Source: an uncultured virus (IMG/VR IMGVR_UViG_3300025502_000007)
Lineage: Duplodnaviria; Heunggongvirae; Uroviricota; Caudoviricetes
IMG/VR virus record: IMGVR_UViG_3300025502_000007
Direction: 5' to 3' (one strand)
DNA length: 64,000 bases
Program-made: the position numbers and the translations under genes
Notes under the pieces: generated by a model
What the model was told of the DNA's origin: nothing
Seen by the model: the letters and a program-made list of their open reading frames with translations, nothing else
Database searches by the model: none
Shown here: positions 10,399 to 20,819 of the stretch, in pieces
Position numbering within the stretch: the stretch's first letter is position 1
How the letters are laid out: every line of letters starts with the position of its first letter

Positions 10399-11646
10399 TC
10401 ACCTCTGAGGAGGCAAGCCTTCGTATTCTGTAGTCTGAGTCCCAGAACCCCCTGTACCTTCGCTTGGCGCAGAAGAGTCAGCTGGAGAATCCACAATATA
10501 ACCAATTGTCTGGCCAGAGTACACTTGACTCTGAGTTGCCTCTGTGTATGAAATAATAGACTGTTTAACTCCAAACAGATTTACAACATATTTCACATTT
10601 CCTAACCGATAATAATATGTTGAACCTGGAACCAAAGGAACAGAAGCTCTTCTTGTTGTCTCTGAGATGAACGATGTTTTCTCAACGTTTGCTACACGTC
10701 TTGTGCTATTGTTTGTTTCCGCTTTGGAGTAGAAATACTTAGAAGTGGCGCTAGATATAGTAAACCCACTATTAACTGCTTGATAAGTAATTTCTATCAA
10801 GTACTCATCCCCATCAGACACATTAGAGAAAAAGAATTCTGGAGTAAATGTTTCTGCTGAATAGCTTTCAGGTCTAGGGCTTTCCACTTTAGGAACAGAG
10901 GGCGGGTAAAAACAAGTGAAGAAAAGCCCTTTAGCTGTTAATCCGCTCCAAGAACCAGATTCAATAATATTTTCATCACCAAATGTTTTGAAAGACGGAA
11001 GCCGATTGTAATTTAAGCTTTTTTCGTTCATCCCAATTACATTTTTATATGTATTCAAGACTTCTCTGAAAGCGTGACGAGTATTGAAAAAATACATTGC
11101 TTTGTCCTCAAATATCTCTTCAGACCTGCCTTTAAGTGGTTTATCTATTTGTTCGGGCGAAAACACATATGGAACGGCTTCGCTAGTAAGTGTGGTAGTT
11201 ATAGCTGTTGATGCTGAAAATGAAATAAAAGGCTGAGCTATTCTTCCTTTTACAATATCGTAATTTTCCTGACTTGGAACCTCTCTATACTTTAGAATTT
11301 CCGTATAAGGAACTTTGTATATATCATGACTCATTCCTAAGTAGTTCTCTGACAAAAATACAGCATTGTTTGCTGAAAATGCAAACTTTATTTGAGGCCT
11401 GCCGTAGAGTTCAAAAATTGACTTATTGGTCTGACCTGCAAAAAGAAGAGTTCCTGCTGTAATTGCGCTGTAAACAGGCGCATCGAACTCAAACACATCA
11501 CTGACTGATGCTTTATGGTTTAAGTGAGTATTGGCATAGAAAGATTGACCCTTAGTAGATTTAGTACCAGAGGTTTTTGAGGTTTTGGTTTTTTGAATTA
11601 CACCATTCCTTATTCTAGCAATATTTGTATCGTTTTTCTTAGCCAT
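10399..11646 (-). CDS. structural protein with C-terminal fibronectin-III-like domain
   Basis: About 415 aa. VPLVPGSTYYYRLG is FN3-like. Overlaps the stop of the upstream baseplate gene. ATG at 11646 chosen over TTG at 11649. Confidence 0.55.
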   Translation of the reverse strand: MAKKNDTNIARIRNGVIQKTKTSKTSGTKSTKGQSFYANTHLNHKASVSDVFEFDAPVYSAITAGTLLFAGQTNKSIFELYGRPQIKFAFSANNAVFLSENYLGMSHDIYKVPYTEILKYREVPSQENYDIVKGRIAQPFISFSASTAITTTLTSEAVPYVFSPEQIDKPLKGRSEEIFEDKAMYFFNTRHAFREVLNTYKNVIGMNEKSLNYNRLPSFKTFGDENIIESGSWSGLTAKGLFFTCFYPPSVPKVESPRPESYSAETFTPEFFFSNVSDGDEYLIEITYQAVNSGFTISSATSKYFYSKAETNNSTRRVANVEKTSFISETTRRASVPLVPGSTYYYRLGNVKYVVNLFGVKQSIISYTEATQSQVYSGQTIGYIVDSPADSSAPSEGTGGSGTQTTEYEGLPPQR

Positions 11647-14056
11647 CAATTATTTCTATATCTTCAACAAAATCATCAACTTCAACTTCAATTTCAAATG
11701 TATCAATTTGAGACTGGACTAAATCAACGTTTGCTCCAATGTTTAATGTGACTGGACATAAATCCAGCTTTATCTCTGCTACAACCTGCGACGTTAAGGC
11801 CCAGGGAGTTCCTGACATTGTTATAATGTCGTTAACAGTATTAGTAACTCGAATAGGATAAAGTTGATTATCAGGAGACAAAGGCACTGCTATCTGAAAT
11901 TCAGAACCAGCATTTATGCCAACAGGATAAACAAATTTCTGTCTATTAAATACTGTATTTCTATAAATCGTACCAAAAGCCTCTAGAATAGAAGTTGCGG
12001 GAATCAATTGTTCCGCCGCACAGTAAAACTGGACCTCTATTAGCTCTAGAAACTTTTCTAATTTCCCAAATCCAATTTGATTTGGGTCAGGGGTTGTCAT
12101 CTTATAGTAATGCATATATATTTCTCGCAATTTATGGTAGTGGTATCCACCATTGTGCGCATTAGACGTCTTCCTGTTGACGGGGTCTACATTTGATTTA
12201 TAAATAAAATCAGTCCATTGCGCGAGCGTCATTCCCGTTATGTTTCCAGGGTTTACTTTACTGCAATCCTCAATAGTCCATTCAAATGGAACATTTAAGT
12301 TGGAAAACTGAAATGGGTCTCCAGAGCCCCACACCCAACACGTTCCGCTTAGTTGGTAATATTCATGCAAATCACACTCAATAGCTTGAGCGGGGTCGAT
12401 TCCTACAATCAACTCCTTGGAATTCATTATGTTTTCAGAACCCCAATTTATTGTTGCCCCTGTTTGGATTTTAATGTTATCAATTCTAGCAATGGGGTCA
12501 AACTCAGTTCTCCACTGATTTATGTATTTATCTCCATTTCCACGACCCATGCCGCCTTCTTGAAAAGCAAAATTGGAATCATCATAATTGATGTAACCGT
12601 GCTCGTTAATTTTATTATTCAGTTGCAGCTCTAAAATAGTTCCCGTGGAGCCTGTAATAATTGCTTTATTGATGTCGTATACAAACTCTTCAATTCGAAT
12701 CATACAGTCTGGTGCACCAATTAGTTTAAAAATAAACTGCATAGCATCTCGTGTTCCTTTTCGTTTAAACAACCAAGTTAGATTCACCATCATTCTCCTC
12801 CAAAGCTGAAGGTCGTACTCTTTCTTAGGGCTCCCTGTGGACCCGACGCTTGTAGCGAGGTACTCCAAAAGGTCTAGTTCGTTAAAACCGCTGGTTAACT
12901 TCCATCCAAGAAGTTCAGCTAATTTAAACATAAACTTGTCTGGAACACTACACTCCCCATCATATTCAACTGTGTGAGCATAAGATATTCCATCGATGTA
13001 ACGTTTTATTTCGTCAAACTGGTGAGCGTAGGTTTGGATTGTTCTTCTGTAAAGAGAGTCGGCAGAATCTAAGTCCAAGTAATTTTCTGGAATCATAGTT
13101 CGCATCATAATATCGGTTTTCTCACAATCTAGCAATTCAGCTAAGGTGAGAAGGTTGTCCTGGTAAGTTACGTACCCCGCTGTGTTTATGTCAATGTTGA
13201 AGCCATCAATATTTTTAGGCCATGTGTATGTGGTTGTGATGTAGTTTCCGTCATCGAACTGCGGGTTTTGATGCCTCCATGCTCCGCTTGTTAATATGTG
13301 ATTCTCCAGAGGAGTCCTGTCTTTATAAAAGCTCTTTAGAATTCTATCAGTTGGGCGAATCCATATAGCAGCTGTTTGTTCTGTGTCTGTTGACCCAGTA
13401 AATAAAAGCGTTTCTAAAGTAAATTCTAAGTATGTTCCAGCTGAAAATGTGTATGCGGATATTACATGTAAAGGATTATCGTATAACGTTACACCGCTAA
13501 GCTGAATAACATAGTCCTGTGTATCCATTAAAAGGCTTCTTCCTGTAATTGTAGAGCCTGAGTTAAGAATTACACCGCCTTGGTTAGTTAAAGCAGAGTA
13601 TGGCACCTTAAACTTGCAATAAGAGGCTGTGGTACCCGTGGTAACAGCTGTGTACTCATATGCCGTTACTCCAGCAGATTCTTTTTGGATAGATGCCACA
13701 GCATATGGCCACGCTGTAATCGAATTATCCAAAGATGTGGCGATGTCTAACTTAAGAGTTTGAAAATACGCGTAGTTAGACGGGTCTTTCTTTTTTAAAT
13801 TAAGTTCACGAGATGACACAAATACAGAATTGTTTCTAGAAAACCCAGAAACATTAAGACTAGAAAGAGACTCATACCCATCAAATCGGAGTCCTTGAGT
13901 ATCCCCATTAACAATGTCTGTGCTTGGATTTCTCGTGACTCTGTAGTCGCCAAACGTGAACACTGACTGGGATTGTGTAGGGAAATCCCTGAAATCCTGT
14001 CCTGGGCGGAAGTTTACAGAAATCGTATCTGCTGTGTTTGGTTCGAAAATAGGCAT
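11639..14056 (-). CDS. baseplate wedge / P2 gpI-like tail protein
   Basis: VPDKFMFKLAELLGWKL...WRRMMVNLTWLFKRKGTRDAMQFIFKLIG matches the tail protein I / gp7-type motif (K-x-KGT). ATG at 14056 lies just after the TATTTAT motif at 14071-14077 (minus). Confidence 0.65.
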   Translation of the reverse strand: MPIFEPNTADTISVNFRPGQDFRDFPTQSQSVFTFGDYRVTRNPSTDIVNGDTQGLRFDGYESLSSLNVSGFSRNNSVFVSSRELNLKKKDPSNYAYFQTLKLDIATSLDNSITAWPYAVASIQKESAGVTAYEYTAVTTGTTASYCKFKVPYSALTNQGGVILNSGSTITGRSLLMDTQDYVIQLSGVTLYDNPLHVISAYTFSAGTYLEFTLETLLFTGSTDTEQTAAIWIRPTDRILKSFYKDRTPLENHILTSGAWRHQNPQFDDGNYITTTYTWPKNIDGFNIDINTAGYVTYQDNLLTLAELLDCEKTDIMMRTMIPENYLDLDSADSLYRRTIQTYAHQFDEIKRYIDGISYAHTVEYDGECSVPDKFMFKLAELLGWKLTSGFNELDLLEYLATSVGSTGSPKKEYDLQLWRRMMVNLTWLFKRKGTRDAMQFIFKLIGAPDCMIRIEEFVYDINKAIITGSTGTILELQLNNKINEHGYINYDDSNFAFQEGGMGRGNGDKYINQWRTEFDPIARIDNIKIQTGATINWGSENIMNSKELIVGIDPAQAIECDLHEYYQLSGTCWVWGSGDPFQFSNLNVPFEWTIEDCSKVNPGNITGMTLAQWTDFIYKSNVDPVNRKTSNAHNGGYHYHKLREIYMHYYKMTTPDPNQIGFGKLEKFLELIEVQFYCAAEQLIPATSILEAFGTIYRNTVFNRQKFVYPVGINAGSEFQIAVPLSPDNQLYPIRVTNTVNDIITMSGTPWALTSQVVAEIKLDLCPVTLNIGANVDLVQSQIDTFEIEVEVDDFVEDIEIIDG

Positions 14057-14070
14057 TGAATGTCTTTTCA

Positions 14071-14153
14071 ATAAATATTAATCAAAAAGATTCTAACCTC
14101 AATGTGCATTTACTTTAGAAACACTCTGTGTTATTTTTTGGATGATTATTTAT
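14071..14153. promoter_or_regulatory. divergent pair of putative late promoters (TATTTAT)
   Basis: TATTTAT on minus (14071-14077) and on plus (14147-14153), each about 15 nt before a structural-gene ATG. Representative of 18 such sites in the window. Confidence 0.7.
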
Positions 14154-14168
14154 CAGTAAAACAATTTG

Positions 14169-16364
14169 ATGTCATTTCTCACTCAGGACGACAACACGTA
14201 CATAAACATAAAACTAACCGACACAGGACGAAGACGACTGGCTCAAGGTAACTTGACTTTCGACCAAGCCGTGTTATCGGATAGAGAAACAAACTACTCT
14301 TTTGACCGTAGGTATGATACGCTTTGGAATCTAAACCCAAATAGCGGCACCGAACTAGCTTTAAGTGGAAACAGCATTTTTTCACCAAAAGATGACCACC
14401 CTGCTCTAAGTCCAATAAATTATGACGGCTCTCAACCTTACTCGCTAAACTCAAGAGTGCACGTAAAAAACGAGACAACAACTGCTCAAACGGATTCTGT
14501 AGGATTTTGGAGCGCATTAACGAATGGTAACAAACACAAGATTGGGCGATACCTGCTAAAAAATAACTGGGTTTACTCAGGCTCAAACAGCACAAGCATA
14601 CAAGAAGGAGCTATTGACTTCGTTTTTGGTACCTCCAACCTTCTAGCTGGAGTATTGCCAAAATTGGGTCAGCTGTTGTATTTACGCACTACCACGTCTA
14701 TTAACACCGCTAATGGGTTCTTAGGGATGTCAAATGCTCGCTATAACGACGTGGCAATGATTTCTAAATGGTATCGCGTAACAAATGAAATTTCTTCAGG
14801 CAGGAGAACTTTAGACCGAAACCCTCCTTTTATTGCTGCTCAGTCTGGGCAAGACAAGCCTCTACCATATTTTGTCTATGAATTTGACGCCGTAGATAAC
14901 TACTATGGCTCCGCCGTAACAGTAAATTGCCCTGTTTGGAATTTAAACATCGTAAGAACATCAAGGGAAATTGGACACAAAAGAAAAGCTGTAGGAGGGA
15001 ACATAGGCCATAGCTACACCAACTACGGCTCTGTTCCATACGCAGGGGCAAAAGAAATGTTTGACTTTGATGAAAATCAAAGACAAGTAGGCTTCTTGCA
15101 TTACTCCAATGAATCATCAGGTCAAACCTACTGGGATTCCATAATTCCAGGCGCCACTGAGGTAGACATCCCTGATTTACTTTGGCACAGAGCCACAGAT
15201 GAAAGCGGGAATCTTTTCATAAGTGGAACAGCTATAAGCTCTGGCCATAGATTTACAGATTACGGAAGTACTATCTATCAAGATAAAAAAGCGGGAACAT
15301 CATATACACTCCTTCGTGACGCTGTTACAGGAAGTCCATTAACAGTTGGTCGAGTTTACTACGACCTTAAAACGATTGTTTTAACAGACCCAGAACTATT
15401 GACGGCGTTGTCATATAAGTCAAATAGAAACTGGACACTTCCGCCAATGAATTTCTCTTCTGTGTCAAGCCCTAAGCCTCAGTTCGACACTGGCAAGAAG
15501 CCTGGGTTTATGAAAAGTAATCATAACTACTACATGACCTATTACATGAGCCCAGGTGAATTGGGAGAACTGAGCTCAAACGCTTATCTTGAAGGTAGAA
15601 ATTTTGGGCATCACTATTACATGCACTGTGGTTATGTTCAAAAACTAAGCGGTCACACGGACGAAAATGGATACCACAAACACCTTAAAGGAACTTTTCC
15701 TCAGGGCCAGCTTCCGTACATGAGAAACAGTCAAACGTTTGAATCATTCTCAGGAACAGGCTGGGGAGCTAGTAAAGTTCAAATATTAGTTCAAGAAGTA
15801 CCTGTAAACAGGGACGGAGGTGCAGATAGCTTGCATCCTGGAAAGTGGTCTGGTTGTTCAAGCTTGAACAAAAATGCGCAAAACCAAGACCCTGCAGGAG
15901 TGTTTTCTTTTGGACATGCAAGCTCAAGCTTAATTGAGCCGTCCCAGCTTTACAACGCTGAGTTCATTGTTTCGCAAGCCGATATAACATCTGGCGACAC
16001 AATGCCTCTCCTTTTAAGTGGCTCAACCAGAAACATATACGAGTTGCATGACTATTTTAATCTTTACAATGATGAAAAAAATAACGGATTAGCTTTGGGT
16101 TCAGAAAATCACTTCTTTGGAAATATTAAGACTGCTAAAAAGAAAGTGCGATATGATACGTACATCACTTTAGTTGTTGAGGGCGGAGAATTAAACAGCT
16201 CACAGAATTCTTCATTCGATGCAGAAAAAAATGACAACACATACATTACAGAAATAGGAGTACTAAATTCTGATGGAGAACTTGTAGCTGTCGGGAAACC
16301 GACGCGCCCTATTCGAAAAGGTAGCGGAGAATGGAAAGTGCTCCAATTGAAATTAGAATTTTAA
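14169..16364 (+). CDS. baseplate/tail-collar fibre-attachment protein, paralogue 1
   Basis: N-terminal LTDTGRRRLAQG and C-terminal YITEIGVLNSDGELVAVGK resemble the two halves of the P2 gpH N-terminal (DUF3751-like) domain. Confidence 0.6.
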   Translation: MSFLTQDDNTYINIKLTDTGRRRLAQGNLTFDQAVLSDRETNYSFDRRYDTLWNLNPNSGTELALSGNSIFSPKDDHPALSPINYDGSQPYSLNSRVHVKNETTTAQTDSVGFWSALTNGNKHKIGRYLLKNNWVYSGSNSTSIQEGAIDFVFGTSNLLAGVLPKLGQLLYLRTTTSINTANGFLGMSNARYNDVAMISKWYRVTNEISSGRRTLDRNPPFIAAQSGQDKPLPYFVYEFDAVDNYYGSAVTVNCPVWNLNIVRTSREIGHKRKAVGGNIGHSYTNYGSVPYAGAKEMFDFDENQRQVGFLHYSNESSGQTYWDSIIPGATEVDIPDLLWHRATDESGNLFISGTAISSGHRFTDYGSTIYQDKKAGTSYTLLRDAVTGSPLTVGRVYYDLKTIVLTDPELLTALSYKSNRNWTLPPMNFSSVSSPKPQFDTGKKPGFMKSNHNYYMTYYMSPGELGELSSNAYLEGRNFGHHYYMHCGYVQKLSGHTDENGYHKHLKGTFPQGQLPYMRNSQTFESFSGTGWGASKVQILVQEVPVNRDGGADSLHPGKWSGCSSLNKNAQNQDPAGVFSFGHASSSLIEPSQLYNAEFIVSQADITSGDTMPLLLSGSTRNIYELHDYFNLYNDEKNNGLALGSENHFFGNIKTAKKKVRYDTYITLVVEGGELNSSQNSSFDAEKNDNTYITEIGVLNSDGELVAVGKPTRPIRKGSGEWKVLQLKLEF

Positions 16365-16394
16365 ACCAAGACTATTTAAGATAAACTTTCCCAT

Positions 16395-18503
16395 ATGGCT
16401 TTTTTGCAACAAGAACCAACCACATTTATCAGTGTTAAGCTCACCAACAAGGGCCGAAAGGAATTGGCATTGGGTAGGCTAAATTTTAGTCAAGCAGTGG
16501 TTTCCGATAGAGAAATCAATTACGAGTTCAATAGAAGATATCCAGATACACCTTATTTTGCAAACCTTAATCCTCCAGCCACAGAGATGTTTAACATCTG
16601 CAAAAGCAGGGTTATGGAACCACACGATAACCAACCTGCCCTTCCGACATTAAACTTTGATGGAACAAATGCTTTAGATTTAACGTCAAAAGTGTTCGTG
16701 ACAAAACAGATTGCTACGGCTCAAACTAGCTCAGTCGGATTCTGGTCTGCAACAACAGCTGACTCAGCAACTGTTAATGATTACATATTGCATCCAAGCA
16801 GATACATCAGGAGCGGACAAACAACAACAGGGTTAATTAGTGGACCAGCTACGTGGAGCTCCTCAACCGAAGTAATGCTAGGAGGCGGAAATCTCCTGCT
16901 TTTAAGGTATTCTGCACCTATAGGCTCAGAACCGCAATTAATTAGTACTGCCCCGTTTGTGGATTTATTTTATAGGATAAGAACGGCAGATGCTTCTGTT
17001 GATTCAATACGAGTAGACAGGCCTGTTCCTATATTTGCTTCAGGCACAAGAAACGTTGCTTGGTATGAATATCCTTGGAATGGCGTAGAAACATACTATG
17101 GCTCTGGAGCAACGGAAAATTGTCCAGTCTGGAACTTAAATATTGTAAGAACGTCAAGAGAGATTGGTCAAACAAAAATGGCTATAGGAGCCAACACAGG
17201 ATATAGTTATTCTACTTTTGCCTCCAAAGAGTATAGTGGCACAAAACAATATTTTGGATTCGAAGATGACTTGAGACAAGTAGGGTTTATTCACTACTCT
17301 AATAAGTACACGGGAAATACATATGCTGAACAATTAGTCCCAGGAACAACTCAGGTTGACATGCCCAGCATTATGTGGCATCGAAAAAGTGCTAACCCAG
17401 GACAAGCTTATGAGAGTGGCCAGAGATTTACAGACGAAGGAAGCGATGTGTATTTTGACCAAGCAGCGAAAACCTCATTCACCCTATTAAAGGATGGGAC
17501 TTCAAGTAGTGCTTTAATTGTGGGAAGAATCTATAATAAGCTAAAACTTATTGTAGTTACAGACCCTGAGTTATTGACGGCAATGTCTTATAAGACCGAC
17601 CGTAACCACACGCTCCCTCCTTTGATTGTTGGAAGTCAGTCTGCACCAAAGTCTCCTTCTACAGTAATGAATACGTCAGGGCTATTGAGAAGCGACCATT
17701 ACTACTATGTAACATATTTTACTCAATCTAAAACTCCATACAGCTCAACAGATTCCTACGGTTACAAGCAAGCTATGCATTGTGGATATATAAGTAAGGT
17801 TGAAGGCTTTACTGACGAAAACGGATATGCTCAGTATTTAACGTGCTCATTTCCAACTAAAGCATTCCCCTACCTAAGGAACACAGCAGGGTTCACTACA
17901 TACTCTGGAACAGGGTGGAGTGCCAATAAAGTTCAGATTTTAGTTCAAGAAGTTAGAAAAGATGAAGACAAAGGCTTGGATGCGTTGCACCCAGGAAAGT
18001 GGTCTGGCGCCTCTGATATTAAAGCGTTTGGTAATGGAGTTTACTCTGGTGAGTCAACACACACAACCATCGACCCAACATACTTACAGGGGCAGCAATT
18101 TATTGTCTCTCTAGATGACATAAAATCAGGGACAACTCAGCCAAATTTTATTGCTGGACCCAGCAATAATTTATATGGGGTTTCAAGCGGTTTCACATTC
18201 AACAGTGATTATTTAAATCTTACTGGGATGACATATGGAAACGAAGATTTCTTCTTTGGAAACATCAAAACAAAAATAATGTCTACCACCTACAAAACTG
18301 TGTTTACAATTGTAGCAAAAGACAGCGAGTTCAACGCTTCTAATAACGGAGGTTTTGATGGGGCAGAAGACGCAAACACATATATAACCGAAATAGGCAT
18401 ACTTAACGACCAAGGCTTACTTGTGGCTGTAGGGAAGCCTACTTATCCTATTAAGAAAAGCTCGGCAAGGTATTTAACCTTCCAATTAGAGCTAGATTTT
18501 TAA
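16395..18503 (+). CDS. baseplate/tail-collar fibre-attachment protein, paralogue 2
   Basis: Collinear with 14169-16364 (shared CPVWNLNIVRTSREIG, TDPELLTA, LHPGKWSG, YITEIG). Confidence 0.6.
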   Translation: MAFLQQEPTTFISVKLTNKGRKELALGRLNFSQAVVSDREINYEFNRRYPDTPYFANLNPPATEMFNICKSRVMEPHDNQPALPTLNFDGTNALDLTSKVFVTKQIATAQTSSVGFWSATTADSATVNDYILHPSRYIRSGQTTTGLISGPATWSSSTEVMLGGGNLLLLRYSAPIGSEPQLISTAPFVDLFYRIRTADASVDSIRVDRPVPIFASGTRNVAWYEYPWNGVETYYGSGATENCPVWNLNIVRTSREIGQTKMAIGANTGYSYSTFASKEYSGTKQYFGFEDDLRQVGFIHYSNKYTGNTYAEQLVPGTTQVDMPSIMWHRKSANPGQAYESGQRFTDEGSDVYFDQAAKTSFTLLKDGTSSSALIVGRIYNKLKLIVVTDPELLTAMSYKTDRNHTLPPLIVGSQSAPKSPSTVMNTSGLLRSDHYYYVTYFTQSKTPYSSTDSYGYKQAMHCGYISKVEGFTDENGYAQYLTCSFPTKAFPYLRNTAGFTTYSGTGWSANKVQILVQEVRKDEDKGLDALHPGKWSGASDIKAFGNGVYSGESTHTTIDPTYLQGQQFIVSLDDIKSGTTQPNFIAGPSNNLYGVSSGFTFNSDYLNLTGMTYGNEDFFFGNIKTKIMSTTYKTVFTIVAKDSEFNASNNGGFDGAEDANTYITEIGILNDQGLLVAVGKPTYPIKKSSARYLTFQLELDF

Positions 18504-18539
18504 TAAGAGAAACTATTTACTAGAAAGAGAATAAAAAAA

Positions 18540-19013
18540 ATGGGATTCATAGCATCAGCAGACACACTTTATGCGAAAGCATATTTGACCGACAAAGGTC
18601 GTGAATATCTTTTCAATAAGAGCAATATTCGTTTCGACGCGTTCGGAGATGACCTCTTTGAGATTAAGTCATTTGCCCTAGGAGACCCCGACGTCAATTA
18701 CAAAACAACGATTACACTAATTTCAGGTGAAGTCCCAGATATTTCTGGAAAAAGCGAGGGTTGTTTAAAGACTTCTGTGAATTACGAACAGCGCAACCAG
18801 TTATTTTTTGAAAACTTTGACCAACTTGTTTCCCAAGATGTTCTTTACGGCACAAACTTGACCGACAATGTTTTAGATATATCTGTTAATCTTGGAGGCT
18901 CTAATGACCTTCCAAATGGAAGTGACACTAGTGGTGGAACAGGTACAGATGACGGCGGTGGTGTAGGCACAGGAACTGGAACAGGTGGAACTCAATTGCC
19001 AAACGCAGGATAA
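18540..19013 (+). CDS. baseplate-associated protein (N-terminal-half homologue of the collar domain)
   Basis: AYLTDKGREYL...FALGDPDVNY parallels LT-x2-GR...SD-x-E-x-NY of the two preceding genes; Gly/Thr-rich tail. Confidence 0.55.
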   Translation: MGFIASADTLYAKAYLTDKGREYLFNKSNIRFDAFGDDLFEIKSFALGDPDVNYKTTITLISGEVPDISGKSEGCLKTSVNYEQRNQLFFENFDQLVSQDVLYGTNLTDNVLDISVNLGGSNDLPNGSDTSGGTGTDDGGGVGTGTGTGGTQLPNAG

Positions 19014-19031
19014 CAATAAACAAAACTAAAA

Positions 19032-19583
19032 ATGCCTAACAATCCAAGCCCAACAAACGTAGTCTTCCGAAAGGTGACTCTGGCGACAACCAACAACGAG
19101 ACAGTTATTTCTGAGGGGCACAAAATATTTGGGCCTTATGCTCAAGGTATTACTGTCTCTACTTTGGCTACAGGAAACAAGAAAGTTATACCTCTTACCG
19201 ATAGCACAGGAGAAGGGTCTCATTTTTTAAAACTCACTTTTCCAGACCCGACTGACACGAATTCAATCTCAAATTCGACTTTATATGTGACTTTTGCTAA
19301 AAAAGACGCAACATATACAGACGGGTATAGAGATTATGAAACTGCTTTGCCAGATAGCATGATTGCTGACATAAAAACATGGATTAACAATGGTCGTGCC
19401 GCGCTTAATTCTAGTATGATTCGTTACAGGAAGCTTGTTTTTACATCTTACGGACGTCAAACACTTCAGTCTGAGAACTCCTTAACTTTTGAGGTAAGGT
19501 TTAATTATACTGGTTTACAGATTGGCGGCGGACCTGGCGGACCTACTGAAGGCGGCGATGGTGTCGGACTCGGACAAGGTTAA
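19032..19583 (+). CDS. hypothetical structural protein
   Basis: 183-aa ORF inside the structural operon; Gly-rich C-terminus. Confidence 0.55.
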   Translation: MPNNPSPTNVVFRKVTLATTNNETVISEGHKIFGPYAQGITVSTLATGNKKVIPLTDSTGEGSHFLKLTFPDPTDTNSISNSTLYVTFAKKDATYTDGYRDYETALPDSMIADIKTWINNGRAALNSSMIRYRKLVFTSYGRQTLQSENSLTFEVRFNYTGLQIGGGPGGPTEGGDGVGLGQG

Positions 19584-19646
19584 TCACTGGTACATAGTCA
19601 AAAAAAATCCAACAAAAAAATCTCAACATCAATAATAATATAAACG

Positions 19647-20759
19647 ATGCCAAGTAATTTTCAAAAACCAATACAGAGTGTTATTTCAACAAAGAGTGAG
19701 ACTGCATCACTAAAGTCTGTTGCTACGTCTGACCTGACATACACTGCGTGTTTTAGGACTGGGCTGACTTCTACAGAAGCTAATTACTTTGTGTCATTTA
19801 ACCTTCCACACATTGCAGCAGATTTAGCATCAGGAAGTACAATGGCTTCCGCACATCCTGAGATTTATCAGCTAAATGTCGGTAAAATTGTAATAGCGCC
19901 TATTCCAAGAAGCTTCTACAGTGAGATGATAGATGGACGTTCCATTACGTTTACAGTTCCTCAACATGGAATAGCAGATAACCCCAATTGGACCGCTAAA
20001 ACAATTGTGTCGTCAACATACAACATACTGGAGAAGAAGAGCGAAAACGCCCTTCTAGGTAAGAATATTGCATTTTTGTTTTGTGATGAAATTAACCTTC
20101 CTTATACAGGAACCACAGACGGAAACGGCGTTAACAAAGCGAGTCAAACCACTTGGAATACATCAAGCTATCTTGACAGACCTTCGGCAACAGCATATCA
20201 AAACTTGCACCCAGATGGGGTGCAAATCGACATTAATTCTGACCAAAGACCCTGGAGCCAAGTAAATCTTGCCGCCGCAGTACCTGAAATTTACCCAACC
20301 ACAACAAACCAAGGATACAACTATGATGTCCCTGTTGGGTTTGCAGCGCTAGACAAAGGATATATGGTGTTAACTCACCCGATGATTGTAAATCAAATCC
20401 CGTGGGCATCTGGAAAAACAACCCCACACGCATATGCAAACTCTGGGGTTGGAACAACAGATATCTGGTTTGGCTCAGGAAGTACTGCTCAGTTTTACGA
20501 CTTAAACATTAGTTTTAAAACATCAGTCGTTTGCATGGCTCTTCCAGGAGAATTTCACTTTACAAACAACCCAACGTGGAACTTCTCTGAAAACCTTCAA
20601 GAGTACACTCTTGGAACAAACAACTTTGATTCAACTTATGTAACCGAAATCGGGCTCTACAACAAAGAGGAAGAGCTTTTAGCTATTGCTAAACTGGACA
20701 GAGCTAAAGAGAAAGGGTACACTGGAGTATTAACATTTACATTGGAACTGGACGTATAA
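19647..20759 (+). CDS. baseplate-associated protein (C-terminal-half homologue of the collar domain)
   Basis: Ends in YVTEIGLYNKEEELLAIAKL...LTFTLELDV, like the two large paralogues. Confidence 0.6.
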   Translation: MPSNFQKPIQSVISTKSETASLKSVATSDLTYTACFRTGLTSTEANYFVSFNLPHIAADLASGSTMASAHPEIYQLNVGKIVIAPIPRSFYSEMIDGRSITFTVPQHGIADNPNWTAKTIVSSTYNILEKKSENALLGKNIAFLFCDEINLPYTGTTDGNGVNKASQTTWNTSSYLDRPSATAYQNLHPDGVQIDINSDQRPWSQVNLAAAVPEIYPTTTNQGYNYDVPVGFAALDKGYMVLTHPMIVNQIPWASGKTTPHAYANSGVGTTDIWFGSGSTAQFYDLNISFKTSVVCMALPGEFHFTNNPTWNFSENLQEYTLGTNNFDSTYVTEIGLYNKEEELLAIAKLDRAKEKGYTGVLTFTLELDV

Positions 20760-20776
20760 CCAGTAACACTACAAAT

Positions 20777-20809
20777 AAAAAAGCCTTGATATTCGTCAAG
20801 GCTTTTTTT
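20777..20809 (+). terminator. intrinsic (bidirectional-type) terminator closing the structural operon
   Basis: A6-GCCTTGA-tattcg-TCAAGGC-T7. Confidence 0.8.
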
Positions 20810-20819
20810 ATCATTAAAC

